Source: Mustelus asterias (taxonomy: Eukaryota). From it: DNA of 64,000 nucleotides. Positions 44,097 to 57,827 of this stretch are shown here, in pieces. Positions within the stretch are counted from its first letter, which is position 1. Each line of letters begins with the position of its first letter. Location: NCBI RefSeq assembly GCF_964213995.1, contig NC_135808.1, positions 43,338,001 to 43,402,000 of the forward strand, in the 5' to 3' direction. Position numbers and translations under genes: made by a program. The notes under the pieces were generated by a model that worked only from the letters and a program-made list of their open reading frames with translations, was not told where the DNA came from and did no database searches.

Positions 44097-46120
44097 TAAG
44101 ACCATAAGACCATAAGACATAGGAGCGGAAGTAAGGCCATTCGGCCCATCGAGTCCACTCCACCATTCAATCATGGTTGATTTCAACTCCATTTACCCGC
44201 TCTCTCCCCATAGCCCTTAATTCCTCGAGAAATCAAGAATTTATCAATTTCTGTCTTGAAGACGCTCAACGTCTCGGCCTCCACAGCCCTCTGTGGCAAT
44301 GAATTCCACAGACCTACCACTCTCTGGCTGAAGAAATTTCTCCTCATCTCTGTTCTAAAGTGACTCCCTTTTATTCTAAGGCTGTGCCCCCGCGTCCTAG
44401 TCTCCCCTGCTAATGGAAACAACTTCCCTACGTCCATCCTATCTAAGCCGTTCATTATCTTGTAAGTTTCTATTAGATCTCCCCTCAACCTCCTAAACTC
44501 CAATGAATATAATCCCACGATCCTCAGACGTTCATCGTATGTCAGGCCTACCATTCCTGGGATCATCCGTGTGAATCTCCGCTGGACCCGCTCCAGTGCC
44601 AGTATGTCCTTCCTGAGGTGTGGGGCCCAAAATTGCTCACAGTACTCCAAATGGGGCCTAACCAGTGCTTTATAAAGCCTCAGAAGTACATCCCTGCTTT
44701 TGTATTCCAAGCCTCTTGAGATAAATGACAACATTACATTTGCTTTCTTAATTACGGACTCAACCTGCAAGTTTACCTTTAGAGAATCCTGGACTAGGAC
44801 TCCCAAGTCCCTTTGCACTTTAGCATTATGAATTTTGTCACCGTTTAGAAAATAGTCCATGCCTCTATTCTTTTTTCCAAAGTGCAAGACCTCGCACTTG
44901 CCCACGTTGAATTTCATCAGCCACTTCTTGGACCACTCTCCTAAACTGTCTAAATCTTTCTGCAGCCTCCCCACCTCCTCAATACTACCTGCCCCTCCAC
45001 CTATCTTTGTATCATCGGCAAACTTGGCCAGAATGCCCCCAGTCCCGTCATCTAGATCGTTAATATATAAAGAGAACAGCTGTGGCCCCAACACTGAACC
45101 CTGCGGGACACCACTTGTCACCGGTTGCCATTCTGAGAAAGAACCTTTTATCCCAACTCTCTGCCTTCTGTCTGACAGCCAATCGTCAATCCATGTTAGT
45201 ACCTTGCCTCGAATACCATGGGCCCTTATTTTGCTCAGCAGTCTCCCGTGAGGCACCTTGTCAAAGGCCTTTTGGAAGTCAAGATAGATAACATCCATTG
45301 GCTCTCCTTGGTCTAACCTATTTGTTATCTCTTCAAAGAACTCTAACAGGTTTGTCAGGCACGACCTCCCCTTACTAAATCCATGCTGACTTGTCCTAAT
45401 CCGACCCTGCACTTCCAAGAATTTAGAAATCTCATCCTTAACGATGGATTCTAGAATTTTGCCAACAACTGAGGTTAGGCTAATTGGCCTATAATTTTCC
45501 ATCTTTTTTCTTGTTCCCTTCTTGAACAGTGGGGTTACAACAGTGATTTTCCAATCCTCTGGGACTTTCCCTGACTCCAGTGACTTTTGAAAGATCATAA
45601 CTAACGCCTCCACTATTTCTTCAGCTATCTCCTTTAGAACTCTAGGATGTAGCCCATCTGGGCCCGGAGATTTATCAATTTTCAGACCTTTTAGTTTCTC
45701 TAGCACTTCCTCCTTAGTGATGGCAACCATATTCAACTCTGCCCCCTGACTTTCCTGAATTGTTGGGATATTACTCATGTCTTCTACTGTGAAGACTGAC
45801 GCAAAGTACTTATTAAGTTCCTCAGCTATTTCCTTGTCTCCCATCACTAGATTACCAGCGTCATTTTGGAGCGGCCCAATGTCTACTTTTGCCTCCCGTT
45901 TGTTTTTAATGTATTTAAAGAAACTTTTACTATCATTCCTAATGTTACTGGCTAGCCTACCTTCATATTTGATCCTCTCCTTCCTTATTTCTCTCTTTGT
46001 TATCCTCTGTTTGTTTTTATAGCCTTCCCAATCTTCTGACTTCCCACTACTCTTTGCCACATTATAGGCTCTCTCTTTTGCCTTGATGCATTCCCTGACT
46101 TCCTTTGTCAGCCATGGCTG
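44097..46120 (-). mobile_element. CR1, 5'-truncated, RT frame intact
   Basis: From QPWLTKEV through KSPGPDG, QHGF and FADD to the stop at 44183; (TCTTATGG)n tail. Confidence 0.96.
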
Positions 46121-46669
46121 ATGTGGCAACAGTGTGCACGCGGTGGTTGTAAGGGGGAAGTTCTTCGGCCTCCCAGTCACATGTATCTTGGCGGTGGGAG
46201 GTGGCACGCTGTTCGCTGGTCCCACGGCTGTCAATAGGGTTTTCCTATTCACGTCACCCCATGCAGCCCTAAAACCCACAGGAGGGAGTACGTTGTCTGC
46301 AGGTCTGGAAAATCCTGCCGATGTGAATGGCTGGCTATTCGCCCCTGTGTCTCTTCGCTAATTTAGACCAAACACTGGTTAACATAGTAGTAATGCACCA
46401 ATCTAAAGACAAGGTACTTTCACGTCAACTAATTAACAAAATATTTTTATTAATTCTTTTACAGGGAGCGGACATTGCTGGCTAGACCAGCATTTATTGC
46501 CCACCCCTTAGTTGCCTTTCAAAGGTGGTGATGAGCTACCATCTTGAACCGCTGCAGTCCCTGAGGTGTAGGTACACCCACAGTGCTGTTAGGGAAGGAA
46601 TTCCAGGATTTTGTCCCAGTGACAGTGGAGGATTGGCGATATATTTCCAAGTCAGGATGGTGTGTGACT

Positions 46670-47100
46670 TGATTTGATTTATTATTGTCACAGTATTAAC
46701 ATACAGCGAAAAGTATTGTTTCTTGCACACTATACAGACAAAACATACCGTTCATAGAGAAGGAAACGAGAGAGTGCAGAATGTAGTGTTATAGTCATAG
46801 CTAGGGTGTAGAGAAAGATCAACTTAGTGCAAGGTACATCCATTCAAAAGTCTGACAGCAGCAGGGAAGAAGCTGTTCTTGAGTTGCTTGGTACGTGACC
46901 TCAGACTTTTGTATCTTTTTCCCGACAGAAGAAGATGGAAGAGAGAATGTCCGGGGTGCGTGGGGTCCTTAATTATACTGGCTGCTTTGCCGAGGCAGCG
47001 GGAAGTGTAGACAGTCAATGGATGGGAGGGTGGTTTGCATGATGGATTGGGCTACATTCACTACCTTTTGTAGTTCCTTGCAAGCTTGGGCAGAGCAGGA
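46670..47100 (-). mobile_element. Rex1/Babar-type LINE 3' fragment
   Basis: IIKDPTHPGHSLFHLLLSGKRYKSLRSRTKQLKNSFFPAAVRLLN; (AAATC) tail. Confidence 0.8.
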
Positions 47101-48106
47101 GAGATACTGCAGGAGCAATCAAAGTTGATCAAAATAAATCATGATTTCAATCATGCAGCATGCTTTGTTAATCATTGCTGGCTAAGTCTGATTTAACCTT
47201 TGCATCCATCAAGTAATGTGTGTGTAAATGTCACAGTAAGGAGTTGTCCAGTCTGGTCAACCGATTCAAACATCGTCACAAGCAATAGCAATGCTGCCAA
47301 CATTATTATTGTGCACCTGAAACAGGAGGTCAGCACTCACTCTGCCCCATGGCACATGCATGGTGCTGCTGGCATCATCATTGTGTGCCTGGAACAGCGG
47401 CTGACTGTCCATTCTGTCCATGGCACATGTGCAATGCCACTGACATTATCATTGTGAGCCCAGTAACACACAGTTGCAGTGGCTGTAAATGCAGCCTCTA
47501 AACATTTACAATTCCCTCTTTACTCAATCAAATTCGGGCTGTTACACACATCTATAGCCAATGTCAGGTCCTGAAAATGTACCTCCATATTCTAAAAGGG
47601 AGGGAAACAGAAAACAGGGAACTACAGCCAATTAGCTTAACAGCTATCATAGGGAAAATATTAGAAGAGTTAATGTTTCAGAAGAACATTTCAATGACAG
47701 GGTTTCGTCACCAAAGCTAAGGATTTAACCAGATTCTGCTTTCATTTACAAAGCTGGAGTGAAGCTGCCAGATTGACCCTCAGAAATATGGAGCAGAATT
47801 CTCCCAAGCCCCTGCTGTTGGGGGGCCCAAGAATCGGTTTTATGTCAGTGTGAATTTCCGACGGGATCTTACGCTGGTATTGACATGGCGAATCGAGAAA
47901 GCCTCTGGCGTGGACATGAAACTGATTTGCATTCCACTAATGGAGGGCAGACAAAGGCCTGACCAGAATCCGCACCCCCATCCCCAACTCCTGATTTTCT
48001 GTGACGACCAGTTCAGAACACGGTTGGGAAATCCCTTCTGGAACAACAGGGCATGCAGATATCTGGAATCCTCTGCTTGTGGCTGCCTCCAGAGTTCCGG
48101 ATCCAG

Positions 48107-49455
48107 ATGACATAAAGCTGGGTGGGAGGTGAGCTGTGAGGAGGATGCAGAGATGCTTCAGTGTGTTTTGAACAAGTTGAATGAGTGGACAAATGAATGG
48201 GAGATGCAGTATAATTTGGATAAATGTGAGGTTATCCACTTTGGTAGCAAAAACAGGAAGGCAGATTATTATCTAAATGGCCATAAATTAGGAGAGGGGA
48301 ATGTGCAATGAGACCTAGATGTCTTTGTACACCAGTCGCCGAAGTTAAGCATGCAGGTGCAGCTAGCAGTAAAAAAGACAAATGGTATGTTGGCCTTCAT
48401 AGTGAGAGATTTCAAGTACAGGAGCAGGGATGCGTTGTTGCAATTATACAGGACCTTGGTGAGGCCACACCTGGAATATTGTGTGCAGTTTTGAGCTCCT
48501 TATCTGAGGAAGAAAGTTCTTGTTCCTGAAGGAGTGCAGAGAAGGTTTACCAGGCTGATTCGTGAGATGGTGGGACCAATGTATGAGGAGAGATTGAGTT
48601 GGTTAGGATTATATTCACTGGAGTTCAGAAGAATGAAGAGGGAATCTCACAGAAACCTATAACATTCTAACAGGACTGGACAGGGTAGACGTATGAAAGA
48701 TGTTACCGATGGTGGGGGAGTCCAGAACCAGGATTGACAGTCTGAGGATACAGGGTAGACTGTTTAGGACAGAGATGAGGAGAAACTTCTTCACCCAGAG
48801 AGTGAGCTTCCTGCAGAATTCACTACCATAGAAAGTACTTGATTTGATTTATTATTATCACATGTATCGCTATACAGTGAAAAGTATTGTTTCTTGTGCT
48901 CTTTATAAACAAAGCATACCGTTCATAGAGTACATAGGGGAGAAGGAAAGGGGAGGATGTGATGTTACAGCCATTGCCGGGTTGTAAAGAAATATCAACT
49001 TAATATATGGTAGGTCCATTCAAAAGTCTGATGGCAGCAGAGAAGAAGCTGTTCTTGAGTTGGTTGGTATGTAACCTCAAGCTTTTGTATCCATTTTTCC
49101 AATGGAAGAAGTGGAAGAGAGAATGTCCGGGGTGCGTGGGGTCCTGGATTATGCTGACTGCTATTGTGAAGCAGTGGGAATTGTAGGCGGAGTCAATGTT
49201 TCTTGCGGTCTTCATTAGAGCAGCAGCCATACCAAGCTGTGATATATCTGGAAAGGATGCTTTCTATGGTGCATCTATGCATTGAGGCCAAAACATTGTT
49301 TTGAAGAAGCAGTTAGATAAAGCACTTGAGGCAAAGGGGATCAAGAATAAGGAAAAGGCGGGATTGGGCTATGGGGTTGGATGATTAGCCATGATCATAA
49401 TGAATAGTGGAGCAGGCTCAAAGGGCCGAATGGCCTCCTTTTCCTATTTTCTATG
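48107..49455 (+). mobile_element. Old CR1 3' part interrupted by a Rex/Babar fragment
   Basis: WEMQYNLDKCEVIHFG...RPHLEYCVQF; the 3' UTR resumes at ~49280. Confidence 0.85.
48838..49278 (-). mobile_element. Rex1/Babar-type LINE 3' fragment
   Basis: IIQDPTHPGHSLFH...LKNSFFSAAIRLLN; similar to 46670-47100. Confidence 0.8.
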
Positions 49456-49464
49456 TTTTTGTCC

Positions 49465-49740
49465 ATTGAATCACTACGGTACAGAAAGACGCCTTTCAGC
49501 CCATTGAGTCTGCACCAACTCTCTGACAGATCATTTAAGGCACACTCCCCTCCACCCTATCCATGTAACCCTGCACATTCACAATGGCTAATGTACCTAA
49601 CCTCCTCATCTTGGGACACGAAGGGGCAATTTAGTATGGCTAAGCCACCTAATGTGCACATCTTGGAAGTGTGGGAGGAAACCAAAGAGCCCAGGGGAAA
49701 CCCACACAGACAGGCAAACTCCACACAGGCTCCCACCTAA
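49465..49740 (-). mobile_element. Decayed HE1-type SINE
   Basis: AAGGGGCAATTTAG...GTGGGAGGAAACC...GCAAACTCCACACAG. Confidence 0.7.
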
Positions 49741-50363
49741 AGGGTTTTGTTGCAGTTACTTGGCCCAGCCTACACTGACACTGCCCAGATACAGCAGGGC
49801 GAGGGGGTGATGGAGGAGAGTGGAGAGAGACAGAGGGGAAGAAACTCAGGGCCGAGTGGGGTTGGGGTGGAAGGGGTTGAGAAGAGAGACGATGGAGGTG
49901 GGGAGGTAGTGAGACAGACAGAGAGAGAGAGAGAGACTGGGAGGGAGAGAAAAATGGTGGGAGGAGGGAGAGAGAGAGATTCAGGGGGAAGGAAACAAAA
50001 AGACAGACACTGAGGACAGAGAGAGAGAGAGAAAGGGACTGGGAGGGAGAAACAGAGGGAGAGAATGGAGGGAGAGTCTGCTTATTTCCATATTGAGTTT
50101 CAAAAACGAGTCATACTTGATCTGAAATATATTTTTCTGTCTCCACTGAGGCTGCCAAAACTGCTCCATTTTTCTGGCATTTTCCATTTTTATTTCTGAT
50201 CTCCAGAATCCACAGAATTTAGCTTTTATAATCCTTTTGGGGCTTACGGGATCTTGCTGTGCACAAATTTACCTGCAGCTTTTCCCGCACTTACAATGAC
50301 GACTGCATTTCAGAATTCAGTTTTTTTATTCTGGGTATGAATCTCTCTCTGTCCCTGTCCATT

Positions 50364-53030
50364 CATAGAACATAGAAAAACTACAGCACAAACAGGCCCT
50401 TCGGCCCACAAGTTGCGCCGGTCGTGTCCCTACCTACCTAGGCTTAGAAATAGACTTACCTATAACCCTCAATCCTATGAAGTCCCATGTACTCATCCAG
50501 GAGTCTCTTACAAGACCCTATCGAGTTTGCCTCCACCACCACTGACGGCAGTCGATTCCACTCACCCACCACCCTCTGAGTGAAAAACTTACCCCTGACA
50601 TCTCCTCTGTACCTACTCCCCAGCACCTTAAACCTGTGTCCTCTCGTAGCAACCATTTCAGCCCTGGGAAAAATCCTCTGAGAATCCACCCGATCTATAC
50701 CTCTCAACATCTTGTACACCTCTATCAGGTCACCTCTCATCCTTCGTCTTTCCAAGGAGAAAAGACCGAGCTCCCTCAATCTATCCTCATAAGGCATGCC
50801 ACCTAATCCAGGCAACATCCTTGTAAATCTCCTCTGCACCCTTTCTATGGCTTCCACATCCTTTCTGTAATGAGGCAACCAGAACTGAGCACAGTACTCC
50901 AGGTGGGGTCTGACAAGGGTCTTATAAAGCTGCATCATTATCCCACGACTCCGAAACTCAATCCCTCAATTGATGAAGGCCAGCACACCATACGCCTTCT
51001 TAACCACCTCCTCCACCTGCAAGGCCGATTTAAGAGTCCTATGGACCCGGGCCCCAAGGTCCTTCTGATCCTCTACACTGCTAAGAGTCTTACCCCTGAT
51101 ATTATACTCCTTCATCCCATTTGACCTGCCAAAATGGACCACTACACATTTATCCAGACTGAAGTCCATCTGCCACTTCTCCGCCCAGTCTTGCATCCTA
51201 TCTATGTCACTCTGCAGCTTCTGACATCCCTCCAAACATTCCACAACACCACCAACCTTTGTGTCGTCGGCAAACTTGCCAACCCATCCCTCCACTTCCT
51301 CATCCAGGTCATTTATGAAAATGACAAACAACAAGGGTCCCAGAACAGATCCCTGGGACACTCCACTGGTGACCGACCTCCATTCAGAAAAAGACCCATC
51401 TACAACCACTCTCTGCCTTCTGCAGGCAAGCCAGTTCTGGATCCACAAGGCAACAGCCCCTTGGATCCCATGCCCTCTCACTTTCTCGAGAAGTCTTGCA
51501 TGGGGGACCTTATCGAACGCCTTGCTGAAGTCCATGTAAACCACATCTACCGCTTTTCCTTCGTCAATGTGTTCAGTCACATTTTCAAAGAACTCCACCA
51601 GGCTCGTAAGGCACGATTTGCCTTTGACAAAGCCATGCTGACTACTTTTGAGCATATTAAACCTCTTTAAATGTTCATAAATCCTGTCCTTCAGGATCTT
51701 CTCCATCAACTTACCAACCACTGAGGTTAGACTCACCGGTCGGTAATTTCCTGGGCTATCAATATTCCCCTTCTTGAATCTAGGAACCACATCCACAATC
51801 CTCCGGAACCTCTCCCGTCTCCATCGACGATGCAAAGATCATCGCCAGAGGCTCTGCAATCTCTTCCCTCGCCTCCCACAGTAACCTGGGGTACATCCCA
51901 TCCAGTCCCGGGGACTTATCTATCTTGATGCTATTCAAAATTTCCAACACATCTTCTTTCTTAATGTCCACATACTCAATCTTTTTAGTCTGCCTCAATC
52001 CTATAGTACAACCACCCAGGTCTTTTTCCACCGTGAATACCGAGGTAAAATATTCATTAAGCACCTCTGCTATTTCTTCCGGTTCTGTACAGACTTTCTC
52101 ACCTTCACATTTTATAGGTGCTATACCTTCACATCTCATCCTTTTACTCTTCACATATTTATAGAACGCCTTAGGGTTCTCCTTAATCTTACCTGCCAAG
52201 TCCTTCTCGTGACCCCTTCTGGCTCTCCTAATTTCCTTCTTAAGACCCTTCCTACAAACCGTATACCCATCTAGATCCCTATCATCGCCTAGCTCTCTGA
52301 ACCTTTTGTACGCTTTCCTTTTCTTTTTGACTAGGTTCAGCACGGCTTTCGTGCACCACGGTTCCCGTAACCTACCAAAACCTCCCTGTCTCATCGGAAC
52401 GCTGTCATGCAGACCTCCAGACAAACAGTCCTTGAAAATCTGCCACCTTACTTCGGTACTTTTCCTCGAGAATACCTCCTTCCAATCAACACCTCTAATC
52501 TCCCGCCTGATGGTTTCATATTTCCCCTTACTCCAGATAAACACTTTCCTAGCTTGCCTGATCCTATCTCTTTCCAATGCTAGCGTAAAGGAAATAGAGT
52601 TATGATCACTATCCCCAAGATGCTCCCCCACTGAGAGATCCGACACCTGTCCGGGCTCATTAGCCAGTACCAGATCGAGTACAGCCTCTCCTCTTGTAGG
52701 CTTATCCACATGCTGTGTCAGGAAACCTTCCTGAACACACCTAACAAACTCCTCCCCATCCAATCCCTTACCCTAGGGATATTCCAATCGATGTTTGGGC
52801 AACTAAAGTCTCCCATCACAACAACCCTGTTATTACTGCATCTCTCCAGGATCTGTTTCCCTATCTGCTCCTCAACATCCCTGTTACTGTTGGGCGGCCT
52901 ATAGAAAACTCCCAGCAAAGTTATCGACCCCTTCCCACTCCGAACTTCCACCCACAGAGACTCCGTAGACAATCCCTCCACGGCATCCACTTTCTCTACA
53001 GCTGTGACACTATCCCTGACCAGCAGTGCC
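50364..53030 (-). mobile_element. CR1, 5'-truncated within APE, several frameshifts
   Basis: ORFs 52718-53032, 51780-52763, 50966-51835 and 50456-50938. Confidence 0.95.
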
Positions 53031-53294
53031 ATTTTACGAGCACCGGATTTCCAGCACAGTCAGCCTCTGTAGGGGTTCTATGATTCTATTCTATGATTAA
53101 CTCTGAGGTCGGGAGAAAATGAGAGATACTGGTGGAGAGTGGAGGAAGAGATGGCAGTTCAACAGGAACAGGTAATAGGAGGGGAGAGGGAGCTGAGTGC
53201 ATCAGATGCAATAAGTGGTAAGTGGAATACTTGGTGTAACATTTACAGTAGAATCTGCAATCCTGGGTTGAGTGAGTACAGGGGCAGTGAATGG

Positions 53295-53585
53295 GGGAGG
53301 GACAGTGGCACAGTGATTAGCCAGGGACCCGGGTTCAATTCCAGCCTTGGGTCACTGTCTGTGCGGAATCTGCACATTCTCCCCATGTCTGTCTGGGTTT
53401 CCTCCGGGTGCTCCAGTTTCCTCCCACTGTCTGAAAGATGTGCAGGTTAGGTGAATTGGCCATGCTAAATTCTCCCTCAGTGTAACCGAACAGGTGCCGG
53501 AGTGTGGCGACTGGGGGATTTTCACAGTAACTTCATTGCAGTGTTAATGTAAGCCTACTTTTGACACTAATAAATGAAACTTTAA
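53295..53585 (+). mobile_element. HE1-related SINE with an alternative 3' tail
   Basis: HE1 head and core, then CTCCCTCAGTGTAACCGAACAGG...GACACTAATAAA. Confidence 0.75.
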
Positions 53586-54218
53586 AAAATACAGTTGCAG
53601 GGGTGTTTGTGCTTTTATTAACAGAGCAGAAACAGATAGGGGGATAGAGGGAAAAACAAATTGAAATGAGAAGTTAAATGAGAGGGAGATACTGTGGACG
53701 TCTCCAGTGTTTAGTCACTGCCCAACTCCCAGTCTCTGGAGAAAAGCCTTTCACCCATCTAACTCCTCTTGCACAATTCGAATCCAACGATTCTCAATCC
53801 TGGGACAATGAGATTTGCACCTTTCGCAGCCAGTTCAAACTAAATTGTACACTGTCTGCCCAGACTGGGGCCTCGTCCTGTCTCCAAGCCTCTGTTCAGT
53901 CGCTGAGAATTGCAGGAAATCTTCTCAACAATGGGCCTTGGGAAAGACAAATTGTCAGATTGTCAAAAAACTGCTCCCTGGAATCTATCTGCTCAGTTGG
54001 ATTAATGTTAGAATGGGCAAAGAAATGAGAGCACTCTTAAACCACACCCCCACCATCTGAAGAAGGGTGATTTGGGCTTGAAATGTTTACTCTTTTTCTC
54101 TCTTCACAGATGTTGCCAGACCCACCGAGTTCAGCCAGCATTTTCTGTATTATTCCAGATTAAGAAGTTTAACAACACCAGGTTAAAGTCCAACAGGTTT
54201 ATTTGGTAGCAAAAGCCA

Positions 54219-54255
54219 CACAAGCTTTCGAGGCTCTGAGCCCCTTCTTCAGGTG
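54219..54255 (-). ncRNA. Minimal type-I hammerhead, intact core
   Basis: CAC CTGAAGA A GGGGCT CAG AGCCTC GAAA GCT T GTG. Confidence 0.85.
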
Positions 54256-54597
54256 AGTGGGAATTCTGTTCACAAACAGAACTTATAAGACACAGACTCA
54301 ATTTACATGAATAATGGTTGGAATGCGAATACTTACAACTAATCCAGTCTTTAAGAAACAAAACAATGGGAGTGGAGAGAGCATCAAGACAGGCTAAAAA
54401 GATGTGTATTGTCTCCAGACAAGACAATACACATCTGGAGACAATACACATCTTTTTAGCCTGTCTTGATGCTCTCTCCACTCCCATTGTTTTGTTTCTT
54501 AAAGACTGGATTAGTTGTAAGTATTCGCATTCCAACCATTATTCATGTAAATTGAGTCTGTGTCTTATAAGTTCTGTTTGTGAACAGAATTCCCACT

Positions 54598-54634
54598 CAC
54601 CTGAAGAAGGGGCTCAGAGCCTCGAAAGCTTGTG
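54598..54634 (+). ncRNA. Minimal type-I hammerhead, intact core
   Basis: CAC CTGAAGA A GGGGCT CAG AGCCTC GAAA GCT T GTG. Confidence 0.85.
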
Positions 54635-55084
54635 TGGCTTTTGCTACCAAATAAACCTGTTGGACTTTAACCTGGTGTTGTTAAACTTCTTACTGTGTTT
54701 ACCCCAGTCCAACGCCGGCATCTCCACATCATTATTCCAGATTTCCAGCATTGTGTATTTTATTCCTGAAAGATAGTTTGGGTGAGTAAATGGAGATGGG
54801 AGAGTGAATGAGCTATAGGATCTTGCTGTATCTTTTATTGTCAAAGTCCTGACCGTGTTTATCAATTTTCTTTGCTCTTTCCAGATTGGTGTCTCATTGT
54901 GGAATTCATTTTCAGAAACAGAGAAAAAAAACATTTGGCTGCATGGATTTCTTTTAACGGAGGAAGGGACGTGTTTGTGCAAACAGTTTGAGAATTACAC
55001 AGTGTAAACCCGGATATTTTAATCTCTCCATGAAATAACTCATTTAAATGTGGATCAAAGCTAGCAGAATGTTTTTCAATTGCT

Positions 55085-55432
55085 TGTGTTGCTAGCTGGG
55101 CCAGCATTATGTTGCCCATCACTAATTGCCCTTTAAGCCCTGTAGTTTACTCAGTTTCCTCATTTCAGAGGGCAGTTAAAAGCCAATCACATTGCTAAGG
55201 TCTGGAGATACATGTCGGCCTGACCAGGTAAGGATGGCAGATTTCCTTCCTTAAAGCACATTAGCAAATGGGTACAACACTCAACAATGGTTTCATTGTC
55301 ATCATTAGATGATGCTTTTTCCAGATTTTTATTGAACTCAAATTCCACTATTCTGCCATGGTGGGATTTGAACCTGGGTCCCAAAAGCATTACCCTTCTT
55401 CCAATGATGATACCACTATGCCACTGCCTCTC
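55085..55432 (-). mobile_element. tRNA-type SINE of the second family, decayed
   Basis: Similar to 40752-41110. Confidence 0.7.
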
Positions 55433-57827
55433 CATAAGCTTTTTGCAATTAGCCAATACTGGGTGATAACCAATGTGTCTGTGTAAAGTTGGTCTGGGAA
55501 CCACTAAGTCATAATGCTCATTTGGAGAGCTGGTGTACACGAGATGGGCCAGAATGACTTCCATTTGTGCGATTACTATTCTGTGATACTGTGCTCTTGC
55601 ATGAATCTTTCAGCCCTCACCCTTTACTCTTTCCCCTTGTCCAAAGTCTCTTTTCCTTCCTCAAGGGGAGAGGATGGTAGGAGCGCAAGAGTCCATTGGG
55701 AAAGCGGAGACAATGTGGGCTGGGGACCCATCTCCTTTCTGTCTCTCAATGCCTGAATCTGTCTCTCTGATTCTCCTCTCTCTCCCTTCTCAACCTTCCC
55801 TCTGATGCCTCTTTCTCACTCTCTCTCTATCCCTGTTTGTCTTCTTGGTTTTATCTCTCTGTTGCTCTCTGTCTCTGCCTCACTCTCTGTCTCACTCTCT
55901 TTTCCATCTATCTATCTTTAGCTGTTTGATCTCTTGCTTGGAAAATTGACCTATTTTCATTTTAAATGTTAACTTCTAATTTCCCCTGTGAAGATCCCTT
56001 CTAATTCCCAGCCCAATGAATAGCCTTCCCTGTATAACCGCGACCATCAATAGTTCCATCTGCAACTCTCGGCCAGTGCAGAGCTTCCTGTCTAATCATC
56101 TTCAGAAACCCCACAGTAACAGATTAAAGATTTTCTACTGCTGAATGGGAATCAGAGTCATTCTCCCTGTGTCTTCGTGGGTTTCCTCCAGGTGCTCTGG
56201 TTTCCTCCCACAGTCCCAAGATGTGTAGGTTAGGTGGATTAGCTATGCGTGGGGTTACATGGTGGCACAGTAGTTAGCACTGCTGCCTCACAGCGCCAGG
56301 AACTGAGTTTGATTCCTGGCTTGGGTCATTGTCTGTACAGGTACACTGAGGGAGAGTTTAGCTTGGCCATTTCACCTAACCAGCATGTCTTTGGACTGTG
56401 GAAGGAAACCTGGAGCAAACCCATACATACACAGGAAGAGTGTTTCAAGTGCTCACCTTAATGCTTCATAAATGTTGTGAGGGTCCCAGCGTCTACCACC
56501 CTTTCAGGCAAAGAGTTTCAGATTCCCACCACCCTGTGGCTGAAAAAGCTTATCCTCAAATCCCCCGAAGACTCTTGCCCCCTTTCCTTAAATCTATGCC
56601 CCCTGGTTATGGACCCCTCTACTGTGGAGAAATATCTCTTCCCAGTTACCGTATCTATGTCCATCAATTTTGTACACCCTCAACCTTCTCTGCTCCAAGG
56701 AAAACAATCCCAAATTCTTTACTGGTCTATCTCTCTCTATCTTTTTGTGTGTTGCTCATTCATTATATTTGCTTCACATCAACAATCTTTCTCTCTCTTA
56801 ACACCCGCTCTCTATTTCTGCATCTGTCTGCCCTTCTGTCTCTGCTACTCTCTCTCAGGTCTGTTCTTCTCTGTGCTCTGTGTTTTTATCCATCTGTGTT
56901 CACACTGCTTATAAATTGAGACAACAGAAGTCATTAAAGTGAACTAAAGCATCTCCACACCATACTGTGTCATTGACCCTGGAAGGAGCAGGGCAAAGCT
57001 TGGGGACTTCACCCCGAAGAGCTGGACCCAGTCACTAGGCCCTATCTTCGCTGTGGAATCTTGGAAATGCTTGCTTCAAAGGATGTGTGGAAAGGCTCTA
57101 TGAGCTGCAGTCTTGGTGCCCTGTGGCTGGCTCTCTGTTAAGCCGTGGGAAAGCATAGAGTTGGGAGCACTCTCTGGGTGATAACTCAAGCACAGAAGAA
57201 CCCTGGTTGTGCTGCCAGGGGATGTGACAGAGACCAAGGGTAGCGATTGATACTTAGACCAGCTCACGCAGAATGCTAACACCCAGAAATGGCCCAATTT
57301 TGGCCTACTTATAATCACAGAATTGTTGTGGTGCAGAATTAGACCATTCGGCCCATCGTGTCTACACCAGCTTTCCAAACAAGCATCATGACTTAGTGCT
57401 ATTCCCCTGCCTTTTCCCTGTACCCCTGCACATCGATTATATCACATGCCTTCTTGAATGTCTTGATTGAACCTGCCTCCACCTCATTTCCAGGCAGAAC
57501 ATTCCAGATCCGAACCACTCGCTGTGTGAAAAAGTCAATGGAAGTGAGTTCTCGATCGAGTTCAGCGCACACGTTGACCTGTGAACAGGCATGATGGGCA
57601 TCGATGTTAGCAAGGAACACAATGAATTGTTAACTGTGCTGCTAATAAACAATGTCGGACTCAAATTGGAAGATCCTAGTGTTGGAAAGGAGATCCCTCA
57701 CCCCTCCACTTCCTTCGTTACTCGCAGACCCCTCTCTCTGTTCCTAATGTCCCTTCATTCTGTCATGTTCCTGATCAAACTACTTCTAGTTTCTTCTTTA
57801 TTTCTCAAATCCGGCACAGTTTATTCT

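Larger units (their letters stand above)
54162..54730. mobile_element. Penelope pLTR inverted pair without ORF
   Basis: Arms 54161-54419 and 54434-54692 are reverse complements and match the pLTR at 61017-61275; TSD ATTATTCCAGATT. Confidence 0.93.

Noticed and set aside
46121-46279. N-terminal extension of the 698-aa RT ORF
   Set aside because: Read-through from flanking MITE-like DNA; CR1 similarity starts at QPWLTKEV.
54131-54776. Twin ORFs MECEYLQL... on both strands
   Set aside because: A by-product of the pLTR palindrome.
53678-57378. Short ORFs in unique-looking DNA (53678, 55514, 56398, 57076)
   Set aside because: No recognisable domains or consistent splice structure; some overlap TE remnants.
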